Positions 10,090 through 18,625 of a DNA stretch of 32,000 nt are shown here, piece by piece; within the stretch, counting starts at the first letter, position 1; the number at the start of each line of letters is the position of its first letter. Position numbers and translations under genes: made by a program. The notes beneath the pieces were generated by a model. The model ran no database searches and had not been told where the DNA came from. It saw only the letters and a list, made by a program, of their open reading frames with translations. The stretch is from Acaryochloris thomasi RCC1774 (GTDB taxonomy: Bacteria; Cyanobacteriota; Cyanobacteriia; Thermosynechococcales; Thermosynechococcaceae). The stretch is taken from contig NZ_PQWO01000006.1 of assembly GCF_003231495.1 (NCBI RefSeq), positions 120,001 through 152,000 on the forward strand. Direction: 5' to 3'.

Positions 10090-11136
10090 TTAATACATTA
10101 AGGTTCCCCTATTGGCCTTGAGTGGCCCCACGAGCGCTTCCGCTCGGTCAACAGCTTGCCTAAGTCTCGAAAGATCCTGCTCCAGCGGCTCAGCGTCAGG
10201 CAACAGCGAATCGAGCAACCGGCGAGCATAGCTGCCGTAGGCGACCCCTGCAATGTGGGCAGATTGACTCATTTCATTATTCAAGAGGCCATTGGCTTTG
10301 AGTTTAACAACTGTATGACCATTTGTACCTCCTGCAAGCTGGACATAGCCTGGCAATTGAGCCTCTAGCACTTTTTTACCCAATCGCACCGCAGCCCTTG
10401 TTGTCCCATCGCCAATATCGCCACTCATGGGTCGCCCATCCGTTTGCCAGATCAGCGGGCAGGGCAGCGGGGCAATGTGTTCATAGAGTGCACGCAAATA
10501 CTCTATATGTCCTTCACCATCCGGGCAGCTAATGGCTAGAACCTTCAGCCGATGCATATAGGGCCTTACTTGGTGCCACAAGCGAGCGAAAGCTGGTCGA
10601 TGGGTTGGATGGGTATGAATCTCTAGAGCATCCACCTGATGAGACACGAGTAATGGAACAACTGCGTCGAGAGAGGCACGATGGGTCTCAGCCGTGATTT
10701 GATCGATCGGACAGATGGGTAAGCAGCGGCCACAGCCGTAGCAGCGGTCGCCCATCACCCCACTCTCCCCCTCTGAGAAGAGGATCGCCTGAGCGGGGCA
10801 GATCGTCACGCAGGGGCGAGGACAGTCTACCGGGCAGCGAGCTGGATCGAGAACCGCCTTACGGAAATGTGGATCTTCGCCATCATTAAGACTCACCATG
10901 AGCCAGGGGCGGGTGGGGGCATTCCCCAGGCTGGAAGCAACCTCAATCGCTGCATTTATGCCGTCAGTGGCAGCCGCTATAACCGCAGGATCGGCGGCAA
11001 CATCAATACAGTCTGCACCGGCTAGAGTGTAGGCCAGCGACAGATTGCGCACAGCTGGTAAATGCTGGAAACTCGCGCCACAGATTAGCTTGAACCAATG
11101 GCCCTGCTCCAGAGACTGTAAGGGTTTCTGTATCAC
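10090..11136 (-). CDS. ldpA: Iron-sulfur protein LdpA (light-dependent period modulator family)
   Basis: The N-terminus WFKLICGASFQHLPAVRNLSLAYTLAGADCIDVAADP matches my memory of LdpA. The protein has two ferredoxin-type Cys clusters (CPVDCPRPCVTICP and CYGCGRCLPICP) and a size of about 350 aa. The assignment is from memory, not from a search. Confidence 0.6.
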   Translation of the reverse strand: MIQKPLQSLEQGHWFKLICGASFQHLPAVRNLSLAYTLAGADCIDVAADPAVIAAATDGINAAIEVASSLGNAPTRPWLMVSLNDGEDPHFRKAVLDPARCPVDCPRPCVTICPAQAILFSEGESGVMGDRCYGCGRCLPICPIDQITAETHRASLDAVVPLLVSHQVDALEIHTHPTHRPAFARLWHQVRPYMHRLKVLAISCPDGEGHIEYLRALYEHIAPLPCPLIWQTDGRPMSGDIGDGTTRAAVRLGKKVLEAQLPGYVQLAGGTNGHTVVKLKANGLLNNEMSQSAHIAGVAYGSYARRLLDSLLPDAEPLEQDLSRLRQAVDRAEALVGPLKANRGTLMY

Positions 11137-11163
11137 CCGAATAAGCGCTATTTCTAGTAAGGT

Positions 11164-11619
11164 TTAGGCGGCTGTAAGTACCTGCGTCAGAGGCTGCCAG
11201 CGGAAATTGCGGCTACCCCCTAACTCGACCACAATCTTCACCTGAGCATTAGATTGAGTCAAATCACAGAGATAGGCCAATTCTTGCTGCGATAATCGCT
11301 TACCGTCATAGAGCCATAGCACGAGTCCCTCTGCACCGGGCGGCAGCATTTCAAGGTGGTACGTCACAAAGGGCGGTAAGTAATAGGTGTGAATTTCTCT
11401 TTTACCCAGGTGAGGTGGACGCACGCCATGCACATTTGTGAAATACGCCGCCAAGTCACCAACGCCCGGAGCAGAGACAAACTGGGTTGCATAGCCCGCA
11501 GCCCGCAGCCGTCGCTTGAACCGTCCTTCGAAACCACCCTCTGAGGGAACATAGACGCCCACTGCGCCATCCCTTTCGACCTCTTTAATAAACTTTTTCC
11601 CGGTGATGATCAATGCCAT
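11164..11619 (-). CDS. ndhN: NAD(P)H-quinone oxidoreductase (NDH-1) subunit N
   Basis: MALIITGKKFIKEVERDGAVGVYVPSEGGFEGRFKRRLRAAGY ... LVLWLYDGKRLSQQELAYL closely resembles cyanobacterial NdhN. I prefer the ATG at 11619 to the track start at 11649. Confidence 0.85.
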   Translation of the reverse strand: MALIITGKKFIKEVERDGAVGVYVPSEGGFEGRFKRRLRAAGYATQFVSAPGVGDLAAYFTNVHGVRPPHLGKREIHTYYLPPFVTYHLEMLPPGAEGLVLWLYDGKRLSQQELAYLCDLTQSNAQVKIVVELGGSRNFRWQPLTQVLTAA

Positions 11620-11754
11620 GACGGATGCTAGTAGATGGTTGTGGCTCATTTACAAACTACACGACTTTACCCCTGCCTGTCACAGATTTAACGCTTGGCC
11701 CTATACCAATCCGCCCGTAGAGGAGAAAGAATCACGCAATCTGCAATATTGGGC

Positions 11755-11785
11755 TTGACAGCCGAGGGAAGCAAGCTGCTAATAT
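11755..11785 (+). promoter_or_regulatory. Possible sigma70-type promoter for tRNA-Gln
   Basis: TTGACA at 11755-11760 and TAATAT at 11780-11785 lie about 33 nt upstream of the tRNA 5' end. The 19-nt spacer is longer than optimal, so this is tentative. Confidence 0.3.
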
Positions 11786-11817
11786 GATCGAGCTTGAATC
11801 AATTGGGTTCTCAGCAA

Positions 11818-11889
11818 TGGGGCGTCGCCAAGCGGTAAGGCACCTGGTTTTGGTCCAGGCATTCGGAGGTTCGAATCCTTCCGCCCCAG
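11818..11889 (+). tRNA. tRNA-Gln (anticodon UUG)
   Basis: The acceptor stem tggggcg/cgcccca is 7 bp with discriminator g. The anticodon stem cctgg/ccagg flanks the loop ttTTGgt. The T-arm is ggaggttcgaatcct. The gene is 72 nt and CCA is not encoded. Confidence 0.95.
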
Positions 11890-11982
11890 TTTTAAAATTG
11901 AGCTTTATTGAATTTTGGGAAATCACTTTTTTGTGTTCTGCTGCTAGTCTTGGCTACGCAGCCTTCGGTGTGAATTGAGTCA

Positions 11983-12756
11983 GTGAAAACTCCCCAAACG
12001 TTAGCGCTAGATTTCGACGGCATTATTTGTAACGGTCTCCAAGAGTATTTTCAGACAACCTGGCGTGCCTACTGCCAAGTCTGGTCAACGTCATCAGGAA
12101 CTGCTCCTGAGACCTTGGCCCAGCAGTTTTATCATCTACGGCCTGTTGTCGAAACAGGGTGGGAAATGCCGGTGCTGCTGCGGGCTATTCTCAAAGGATT
12201 CTCTGAAGAGGCTATTCTTCAGAACTGGCCTAATATCCGAGATCGCGTTGTTGTTGAAGACGATCTCAACCCCAAGATGTTGGCGACTCAAGTTGATGCC
12301 GTGCGCGATCGCTGGCTAAACAGTGATTTAGAGTCTTGGCTGGCACTGCACACCTTTTATGAGGGAGTCATTCCAAAGCTCCAGGCACTGAGCGAACAGC
12401 TCCCTATTGTCATTATTACGACCAAGGAAAGCCGGTTTGTGAAGGCTCTCCTCCAGCAAGCGGGCCTTCAGATCCCTGACGACCGACTATTTGGTAAGGA
12501 CTGTCGCCGTCCTAAAGCAGAGACGCTGCGACAGCTCAAGACGACAAGCCCGACTCCCATCTGGTTTATTGAGGACCGGTTGGCAACGCTCCAAACGATT
12601 AAGCAGCAGCGTGATCTCACAGACATTGCTCTTTTTCTCGGTGACTGGGGCTATAACACCCAGCAGCAGCAGCAAGCTGCGAACCGCGACCCTCGCATTC
12701 ACCGACTATCGCTCGCTCAATTCGGACAGGAATTTTCAGGCTGGCTACAAAGCTAG
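11983..12756 (+). CDS. HAD-superfamily hydrolase
   Basis: Motif I is LALDFDGIICNG (DxDG) near the N-terminus, and IIITTKE is a motif II-like stretch. The start codon is GTG. Confidence 0.6.
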   Translation: MKTPQTLALDFDGIICNGLQEYFQTTWRAYCQVWSTSSGTAPETLAQQFYHLRPVVETGWEMPVLLRAILKGFSEEAILQNWPNIRDRVVVEDDLNPKMLATQVDAVRDRWLNSDLESWLALHTFYEGVIPKLQALSEQLPIVIITTKESRFVKALLQQAGLQIPDDRLFGKDCRRPKAETLRQLKTTSPTPIWFIEDRLATLQTIKQQRDLTDIALFLGDWGYNTQQQQQAANRDPRIHRLSLAQFGQEFSGWLQS

Positions 12757-13027
12757 GGCAAAGCACTTGACCAGGGAAAAATCCAGCCATGGTCAAGTTC
12801 TGCGGGGTGCCGGAGATTCAAATTTCTCTGTGTCTGACACCTTGATAAGTATATGTACCGGCGTAAATCTATAATATACTTATAAACCTAAAATATTTTG
12901 TTAAAAAAGTTTTTAATATCCATGCTTATAATCTTTACAGGAACATTTAAGGATTAAAGCCAAGATTTTTATGGATTTTCGCTCTATTTCTCTAAAATCC
13001 TTTGCCTGTACTATCTGAGCCGTTTGA

Positions 13028-13768
13028 ATGAAGCCACGGATACTTGTAATTGATGATGATCCTGCGATCGCAGAACTGGTCGCCATTAACTTAGAGATGG
13101 CGGGTTATGACGTCACTCAGGCAACCGATGGCATGAAAGGTCAGGCTTTGGCGGTGCAACTTTTGCCAGATCTAATTTTGCTAGATCTCATGCTGCCAAA
13201 GGTTGATGGATTTACGATCTGTCAGCGGTTACGCCGTGATCAGAGAACCGCCGATATCCCGGTGTTGATGCTGACGGCTCTCAGTCAAACCCGAGATAAG
13301 GTTGAGGGCTTCAATGCTGGGGCCGATGACTATTTGACGAAGCCTTTTGAGCTGGAGGAGATGTTGGCGCGGGTAAGGGCGCTGCTGCGGCGCACCGACC
13401 GACTGCCTCAGGCCGCTAAGCATTCAGAGATTTTGAGCTATGGGCCGTTAACGCTAGTGCCTGAACGGTTTGAAGTGCTGTGGCTGGAGAAGGTGATTAA
13501 GCTGACGCGGTTAGAGTTTGAGCTGCTCCACTGTCTGCTGCAGCGTCATGGTCAAACTGTTTCTCCTAGTGAGATTTTACAAGAGGTTTGGGGATATGAC
13601 CCCAATGACGATATCGAGACCATTCGAGTTCATGTGCGCCACCTGCGGACAAAGCTGGAGCCAGATCCACGCCATCCGCAGTTTATTAAGACGGTTTATG
13701 GGGCGGGCTACTGTCTAGAGCTGCCGCAGACAAGGGCAGAGCTAGAAGAAGAGGAAGTTGTAGGCTGA
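13028..13768 (+). CDS. rpaA: OmpR-family two-component response regulator RpaA (circadian output regulator)
   Basis: It begins [29 protein letters not shown] and has a receiver Asp in [14 protein letters not shown]. The winged-helix C-terminus ends [33 protein letters not shown]. This is near-collinear with the Synechococcus elongatus RpaA sequence as I recall it. Confidence 0.85.
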   Translation: MKPRILVIDDDPAIAELVAINLEMAGYDVTQATDGMKGQALAVQLLPDLILLDLMLPKVDGFTICQRLRRDQRTADIPVLMLTALSQTRDKVEGFNAGADDYLTKPFELEEMLARVRALLRRTDRLPQAAKHSEILSYGPLTLVPERFEVLWLEKVIKLTRLEFELLHCLLQRHGQTVSPSEILQEVWGYDPNDDIETIRVHVRHLRTKLEPDPRHPQFIKTVYGAGYCLELPQTRAELEEEEVVG

Positions 13769-13775
13769 GCGCCCA

Positions 13776-14252
13776 CTAAGAAAGCCATTGACTAAGGAGT
13801 CCTGTGGGGCTGCTGAGCAGAGAGATAATGATGCCAAGAGCTGAACCCGCAATGACTTGAATAGGCGTGTGGCCCAGCAGTTCTTTGAGGCGGTCTTCGT
13901 TGAATTCTGGGTTTTCTTGAAACATTTCGTCTACGATCTGGTTGAGAATCCGGGCTTGTTTGCCAGCGGCCTGTCGGACTCCGGCGGCGTCGTACATGAC
14001 GATGATGGCGAAGATGGTTGCGATCGCAAACTCAACGCTATCCCAGCCTTTGACCTGGCCGACCCCCGTCGCTAGAGCCGTCACTAGAGCCGAATGGGCG
14101 CTGGGCATGCCTCCCGTTTCGACAATGACGCGAAAATTAATCTTGCGGTTAATGGCGAACTCAACAACGAGCTTGAGAACCTGAGCTATTAAGCTGGCGG
14201 CAAAGGACACCAGTAGAACCCAGTTGTGAACAACATCGCCAAAATTCTGCAT
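13776..14252 (-). CDS. Divergent PAP2 / acid phosphatase-vanadium haloperoxidase-related membrane protein (DUF212)
   Basis: The GGMPSAHSALVTALA motif together with YDAAGVRQAAGKQA is characteristic of the family. The protein is 158 aa with multiple transmembrane helices. Confidence 0.7.
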   Translation of the reverse strand: MQNFGDVVHNWVLLVSFAASLIAQVLKLVVEFAINRKINFRVIVETGGMPSAHSALVTALATGVGQVKGWDSVEFAIATIFAIIVMYDAAGVRQAAGKQARILNQIVDEMFQENPEFNEDRLKELLGHTPIQVIAGSALGIIISLLSSPTGLLSQWLS

Positions 14253-14318
14253 AAATATCTGATCTCACAGATCATGAACGGGACGGTCAGTGAGAGAAAT
14301 ATGATTTCCCTGGGTGAC

Positions 14319-15257
14319 TTAAGATTGACGGGCAGTGATAAAATCTGCGATCGCCATCAGCGGTAGCGCCTGTTCGCCGTAGTCGGCCAACGCTGCTTTC
14401 GCTTCATCGACGAGGCGCTGCGCCTGCTGCTTGGATTCTTCAATGCCCCACAGGCTCGGGTAGGTGGCCTTCTGAGACTGTAGGTCTTTGCCTGCGGTTT
14501 TCCCCAACTGTTCGCGAGTGGCCGTCACATCTAAAACATCATCGACGATCTGGAATGCCAGTCCAATATTGCGAGCGTACTGACTCAGGTGCTCCAGCAT
14601 CTTTTTCGGCGCATCTGCTAACTCTGCCCCAGACAGCACCGAAGCTTCCAGTAGCGCCCCCGTTTTGTGGAGATGAATAAAATCTAGCGTTGATAGCGTG
14701 ATATCTTCAGCGCCTTCGGACTCAAGATCGACAACTTGTCCGCCGACCAGTCCCGTTGCTGCCACTGCATGGCCTAGTCGAGCCACCACCTTCAGCAATC
14801 GAGCCGGTGCAACGTCCTGAGTCTGCATCGTTAGGAATTCAAAGGCGTAGGCCAGTAGGCCATCCCCAGCCAAAATGGCGATGTCTTCGCCATACACTTT
14901 GTGGTTTGTCAGCTTGCCGCGCCGGTAGTCATCATTGTCCATCGCCGGCAAATCATCATGGATCAGCGACATGGTATGAACCATTTCTAGAGCGCAAGCC
15001 GTTGGCAAGGCCATCTCAACCGTGCCCCCCGCCAATTCGCAGGTGGCAAGACACAGAATCGGCCGTAGACGCTTGCCCCCAGCCAGTAGGGAATAGCGCA
15101 TCGCCTCATAAATTTTTTCAGGATAGACCACTGATATTGAGGCATCAAGAGCCTCCACCACAACCTGTTGACGCTGGCTCAGATAGTCTGGTAGCAAAAA
15201 GCCATCTGGCGCATCTTTGACGAGTGAGGGTGTTTGAGGATTCTCAGCAGAAATCAT
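14319..15257 (-). CDS. crtE: Geranylgeranyl diphosphate synthase (type II polyprenyl synthase)
   Basis: The first Asp-rich motif is [18 protein letters not shown] and the second is FQIVDDVLD. Chain-length specificity is inferred from the cyanobacterial context. Confidence 0.8.
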   Translation of the reverse strand: MISAENPQTPSLVKDAPDGFLLPDYLSQRQQVVVEALDASISVVYPEKIYEAMRYSLLAGGKRLRPILCLATCELAGGTVEMALPTACALEMVHTMSLIHDDLPAMDNDDYRRGKLTNHKVYGEDIAILAGDGLLAYAFEFLTMQTQDVAPARLLKVVARLGHAVAATGLVGGQVVDLESEGAEDITLSTLDFIHLHKTGALLEASVLSGAELADAPKKMLEHLSQYARNIGLAFQIVDDVLDVTATREQLGKTAGKDLQSQKATYPSLWGIEESKQQAQRLVDEAKAALADYGEQALPLMAIADFITARQS

Positions 15258-15372
15258 CCTTTAATCCTTCCTGATCTTGACGATGAAGAGATCTCCCTCT
15301 CGCTTGACCTCAATTAAGTACCCTGCTGAGCATTCAATTAAAGGTAGAGGGAACCTCGATTTTGCTTGAGGT

Positions 15373-16260
15373 TCAACTATTGTATGATGCTTTGCTGCCT
15401 TGGCTGTAACTCCACACCGTATTGTACAGAAGCATGGCAACCGTCATTGGACCGATCCCACCCGGTACCGGTGTAATCAGACTCGCTTTTTGTTCAACAT
15501 TGGCAAAGTCAACATCACCCACCAAGCGGGCTTTTCCCGCCGGTCCCTCCACTCGATTAATACCGACATCCACCACCACAGCACCGGATTTAACCATCTC
15601 AGCGGTGACGTAGCTGGGGCGTCCTACTGCGGCAACCAAGATATCCGCTGACTGGGTGAGCTGAGCTAGGTTCTGGGTTTTAGAATGGGCAACTGTGACC
15701 GTGGCATTGGCCTCTAATAACATCAGGGCCATTGGTTTACCCACGAGAATGCTACGGCCTAGAACAACGGCTTGCTTTCCTTCTAACTTAACGTCGTAGG
15801 TGGTGAGAAGACGCATAACGCCAGCGGGAGTGCAGCTTCGTAGTCCGGCTTCTCCTCGTACTAATCGCCCCAGGTTAATGGGATGGAGGCCGTCGGCATC
15901 TTTCTTAGGGGCAATTTCGTACAGCAATGCCTCGGCGTTGAGGTGGGGCGGCAGCGGCAGCTGCACCAAAATTCCGTCAACGTTAGGATCTTGGTTCAGT
16001 CGATGAATCACCTGTGTCAGCTCAGCCTGACCTGTGTCAGCGGCGAAGTGTTCACCATAGGAGGCGATGCCGACGCGGGCGCAGGCCCGTTCTTTGTTGC
16101 GAACGTAGGCGGCGCTGGCGGGATTGTCTCCCACCATCAACACAGCTAAGCCGGGAGGACGACCGATGTGGGGCTGCAGCGCTTCGACTTGCGCTTTTAG
16201 TTCAAGCTGCATCTTCTGGGAGAGCGCTTTACCGTCTAGAAGGGTAGAAGAAGGTGGCAT
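15373..16260 (-). CDS. folD: Bifunctional methylenetetrahydrofolate dehydrogenase / methenyl-THF cyclohydrolase
   Basis: [11 protein letters not shown]..., [31 protein letters not shown] and [15 protein letters not shown] are canonical FolD blocks. Confidence 0.92.
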   Translation of the reverse strand: MPPSSTLLDGKALSQKMQLELKAQVEALQPHIGRPPGLAVLMVGDNPASAAYVRNKERACARVGIASYGEHFAADTGQAELTQVIHRLNQDPNVDGILVQLPLPPHLNAEALLYEIAPKKDADGLHPINLGRLVRGEAGLRSCTPAGVMRLLTTYDVKLEGKQAVVLGRSILVGKPMALMLLEANATVTVAHSKTQNLAQLTQSADILVAAVGRPSYVTAEMVKSGAVVVDVGINRVEGPAGKARLVGDVDFANVEQKASLITPVPGGIGPMTVAMLLYNTVWSYSQGSKASYNS

Positions 16261-16379
16261 CAGTGTTGGGAGGCAGCGAAAAACCCTTTGATTGTATCGG
16301 TAAGACGGTGTATGGATGAAGCACAGCGTAGAATATCACGGTGAACCGGTACAAAACGTTTAGGCGCAGTCACGATCCT

Positions 16380-16667
16380 ATGTCTGAGAATGCTTCTGAT
16401 TTTGCAGTGGGCGATCGCATCCGAGTCATCGCCCTGCCCAGCTATGTTAAAACCGCAGAGCCGATGCCAATGCTGCGCCCGCCTTCCGTGATTGCCATCG
16501 GCGAAGAAGGTACCATCCTGAGTCGGGAACCTGGCGAATACTGGGGGATTCGGTTCAAAAAGGGAGCGTTTCTATTGGAAAAACAGTATTTTGAGTCTGC
16601 TACAGTCCCAGCTCTCTCAAATAGAGAGAGCGAAGATAATGGAGTTGAAAATAACCAGGAAACTTAG
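16380..16667 (+). CDS. Small conserved cyanobacterial protein (DUF3148-like)
   Basis: VGDRIRVIALPSYVKTAEPMPMLRPPSVIAIGEEGTIL...YWGIRF matches my memory of the DUF3148 pattern. I prefer the ATG at 16380 to the GTG at 16341. Confidence 0.5.
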   Translation: MSENASDFAVGDRIRVIALPSYVKTAEPMPMLRPPSVIAIGEEGTILSREPGEYWGIRFKKGAFLLEKQYFESATVPALSNRESEDNGVENNQET

Positions 16668-16739
16668 GCTCAACGTCTATGAGGGACTTGATGTAAGTCT
16701 ACTAATGCGGGCAACAAAGATGTCTATGCAGTGTCTCTA

Positions 16740-17159
16740 ATGCTGGAAGCAATAACGACGTATCTCTCAGTCATGATCGGTCGTGTCGTTATCCTGCTGT
16801 TTTGTACAATAATCTTCGGATTACCCAGTAGTCTTGCTGTAGCTGGCATTGGCACGCTACTAACGTTATCTATGTATAAACAGCCGAAAGCTGTATATCG
16901 TCGGCTTTTTTATTGGGCTGTCAAAGGATCTGCGATCGCAGGCTTTTCGTCCAGTCTGTTACTGTTCCTATCTCTTATCGCCAAGACCTCTAGCAGCCGT
17001 AACGGATTATCTGTCGTGTCTGCATTCTCTGAAAATGATGTATTTAACCTTCTCGCTGTACTTGCACTGATTATTGTGGTTCCTGCTGGAGCCATTGTGG
17101 GTGGTTTGATGAAACTCAGCTCGCTCAATCTCCCGCGTCGCAAGAAAGCGGTGAAATAA
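16740..17159 (+). CDS. Hypothetical integral membrane protein (about 4 transmembrane helices)
   Basis: The ORF has four hydrophobic segments and a basic tail (PRRKKAVK). It contains a HIP1 site, which suggests native DNA. I recognise no family motif. Confidence 0.4.
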   Translation: MLEAITTYLSVMIGRVVILLFCTIIFGLPSSLAVAGIGTLLTLSMYKQPKAVYRRLFYWAVKGSAIAGFSSSLLLFLSLIAKTSSSRNGLSVVSAFSENDVFNLLAVLALIIVVPAGAIVGGLMKLSSLNLPRRKKAVK

Positions 17160-17169
17160 TTGGAGCGGT

Positions 17170-17619
17170 TCATCCTGCGATGGTTAGGTCGCCGACCATA
17201 CCCGCTTCAGTGTGACCCGGAATTGTGCAGCGAAGCTGATAGCTACCGGCCTTAACGGGGACAAAAACCCACTCGGCCTCGGTATTGGGACGTAGCTCTA
17301 GCTCATGGATGGCCCCCTTGATCTCGACATTCCCGGCATCGACTTTCTGCGACCAGACGGCATCGGCAAAGTCTTTCGCCGTAAAGTAATGTTTCTGAGG
17401 GCTAATGTTGCTCAAGATTAGCTTGTAGCGCTTGCCAGATAGGAACTGAAGCTGTTCAGGGAAGAACTTTAATGCCCCCTCTTTATTGCTAAGGCTTATG
17501 TTTATTTCAACCGGCTTCTGGAGCGCTAGATTGTTCGCGAAGGCTGGTTGAGACCCGCTCAATACGAAGCTGATCACCAAAATCAAACCCATAGATAGCC
17601 AATATCTGAGTTGTCCCAT
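17170..17619 (-). CDS. Secreted cupredoxin-domain copper-binding protein
   Basis: The C-terminus YQLRCTIPGHTEAGMVGDLTI has the type-1 copper ligand pattern C-x4-H-x4-M, and there is an upstream His (QKHYF). From Met38 (MGQLRYWLSMGLILVISFVLSG) there is a signal peptide. The longer track start at 17730 would run antisense into the riboswitch. Confidence 0.7.
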   Translation of the reverse strand: MGQLRYWLSMGLILVISFVLSGSQPAFANNLALQKPVEINISLSNKEGALKFFPEQLQFLSGKRYKLILSNISPQKHYFTAKDFADAVWSQKVDAGNVEIKGAIHELELRPNTEAEWVFVPVKAGSYQLRCTIPGHTEAGMVGDLTIAG

Positions 17620-17704
17620 CGGCTTTATCCTCAATCCTGTGCCCCCTAATTCTCCCATGAACGTATGAGCAGGGACTGTGCTAATGTGGCACTCAGCATT
17701 GATT

Positions 17705-17880
17705 CGGTTTTGGTGGGGAGCAGCCACCAAAGGTAACGGGGAAAGAACGGTGTAAGTCCGATGCTGTCCCGCAGCTGTAAGCCGGTTTAGAGCATCTTAC
17801 GTTGAAGCTAGGTCTCCATAGAGATTGGTTTTTGCGCCTTAGCTCTAAGCCCGTAAGCCAGAATGCCCGCCGATGTTATG
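17705..17880 (+). promoter_or_regulatory. Cobalamin (B12) riboswitch; boundaries are approximate
   Basis: The conserved core is read directly from the sequence: GGGGAAAG, then GGTGTAAGTCC (17749-17759), GCTGTCCCGCAGCTGTAAG (17763-17781), and the B12 box AAGCCAGAATGCCCGCC (17855-17871). Order and spacing parallel the E. coli btuB leader (GGGAA...GUGCGAAUCUGG...GCGCAGCGGUAAGG...AAGCCCGAAGACCUGCC). A GAGG Shine-Dalgarno sequence lies 7 nt before the GTG at 17914. Confidence 0.82.
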
Positions 17881-17913
17881 TCGATTTTTTAGCGCATCTG
17901 CGAGGTACAGGTC

Positions 17914-18582
17914 GTGATTATTTTTAACGAAACTCTTTCTCCCGCTTGGCTGACAAAGAAACGCAGTCTCTCGATGGCTGGGTTATTGCTATTAATGGGC
18001 TCTTTGATCTCTGCGAAGCCAGCATTTGCCCACCACCCCTTTGGCGGAGAGACGCCGGATACAGCGTTGGCTGGGTTTCTCTCTGGCTTAGGTCACCCTG
18101 TCATTGGGTTTGATCACTTTGTTTTTGTGATTGCCGTCGGTCTACTCGCGGCCCTACAGCGTCGCGGTATGGTCGTTCCAGCGGCATTTATCTTAATGTC
18201 TCTAGCCGGAACTGGGATTCACTTGATGGGCGTTGACCTGCCTGCCCCGGAGCTTGTTATCTCAGCTTCAGTGCTTCTGTTTGGTGCACTCCTAGCCCTC
18301 AAGGACCGCCTGAATGAGATTTTGGTGATTGGCTTAGGTGCGATCGCAGGTATCTTCCATGGTTATGCCTATGGCGAAGCGATTGTGGGCGCTGAAATGA
18401 CGTCCTTAATGGCTTACCTGGTTGGCTTCTCTCTGATTCAACTGATGATCTCCCTGTCGGCCTATTTCCTGGGACGGCGCGTCACAGAAAACGGAAAGGC
18501 TCGGACTTTACCGCTTCGGTTTGCAGGCTTTGCGATCTGCGGCATCGGTATTGCTCTCCTCAACGGCCTTATCACGGGGTAA
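17914..18582 (+). CDS. hupE: HupE/UreJ-family metal (Ni/Co) transporter, here predicted to carry cobalt
   Basis: A signal peptide ends in AFA, followed by HHPFGG, which is the mature N-terminal His motif of HupE/UreJ. The protein has six hydrophobic helices and the block FHGYAYGE. An alternative start is the ATG at 17974. Confidence 0.85.
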   Translation: MIIFNETLSPAWLTKKRSLSMAGLLLLMGSLISAKPAFAHHPFGGETPDTALAGFLSGLGHPVIGFDHFVFVIAVGLLAALQRRGMVVPAAFILMSLAGTGIHLMGVDLPAPELVISASVLLFGALLALKDRLNEILVIGLGAIAGIFHGYAYGEAIVGAEMTSLMAYLVGFSLIQLMISLSAYFLGRRVTENGKARTLPLRFAGFAICGIGIALLNGLITG

Positions 18583-18625
18583 TCGCCTCAATCTCTCAAT
18601 TTAGATCTTTGTTCTAGGCATTACC

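Noticed and set aside
11732-11978. Two 64-aa ORFs, one on each strand, covering the tRNA-Gln locus.
   Set aside because: The region folds into a canonical 72-nt tRNA-Gln(UUG). ORFs across tRNA genes are artefacts.
12491-12874. A 127-aa plus-strand ORF overlapping the 3' part of the HAD hydrolase gene and extending into the rpaA upstream region.
   Set aside because: It is in an alternative frame of a supported gene, Arg/Ser-rich, and has no motif. It is probably spurious.
12933-12956. A possible RpaB-type HLR1 element (tandem TTTACA-like repeats) in the AT-rich rpaA upstream region (ctTTTACAggaacaTTTAAGg).
   Set aside because: The second half-site deviates from TTACA at two positions. The repeat period is about 12 nt rather than the 10 nt of HLR1. 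In DNA this AT-rich such matches occur by chance.
14756-15220. A 154-aa plus-strand ORF antisense to crtE, and similar antisense ORFs inside clpC, folD, pgk, uvrB, the cyclase gene and the AAA/R3H gene.
   Set aside because: Their Pro/Arg/Ser/His-rich low-complexity translations are typical of the antisense frames of GC-rich genes. Each lies wholly inside a strongly supported gene.
17620-17730. An N-terminal extension of 37 codons on the cupredoxin ORF.
   Set aside because: The extension has no signal peptide and runs antisense into the 5' part of the cobalamin riboswitch. Met38 gives a typical signal sequence.
17914-18582. Annotating the HupE/UreJ gene as the urease nickel transporter UreJ, because ureF and ureG are in the same window.
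   Set aside because: It is 9 kb away from ureFG and separated from them by unrelated genes. It is directly preceded by a cobalamin riboswitch and followed by cobW, so a cobalt role is better supported.
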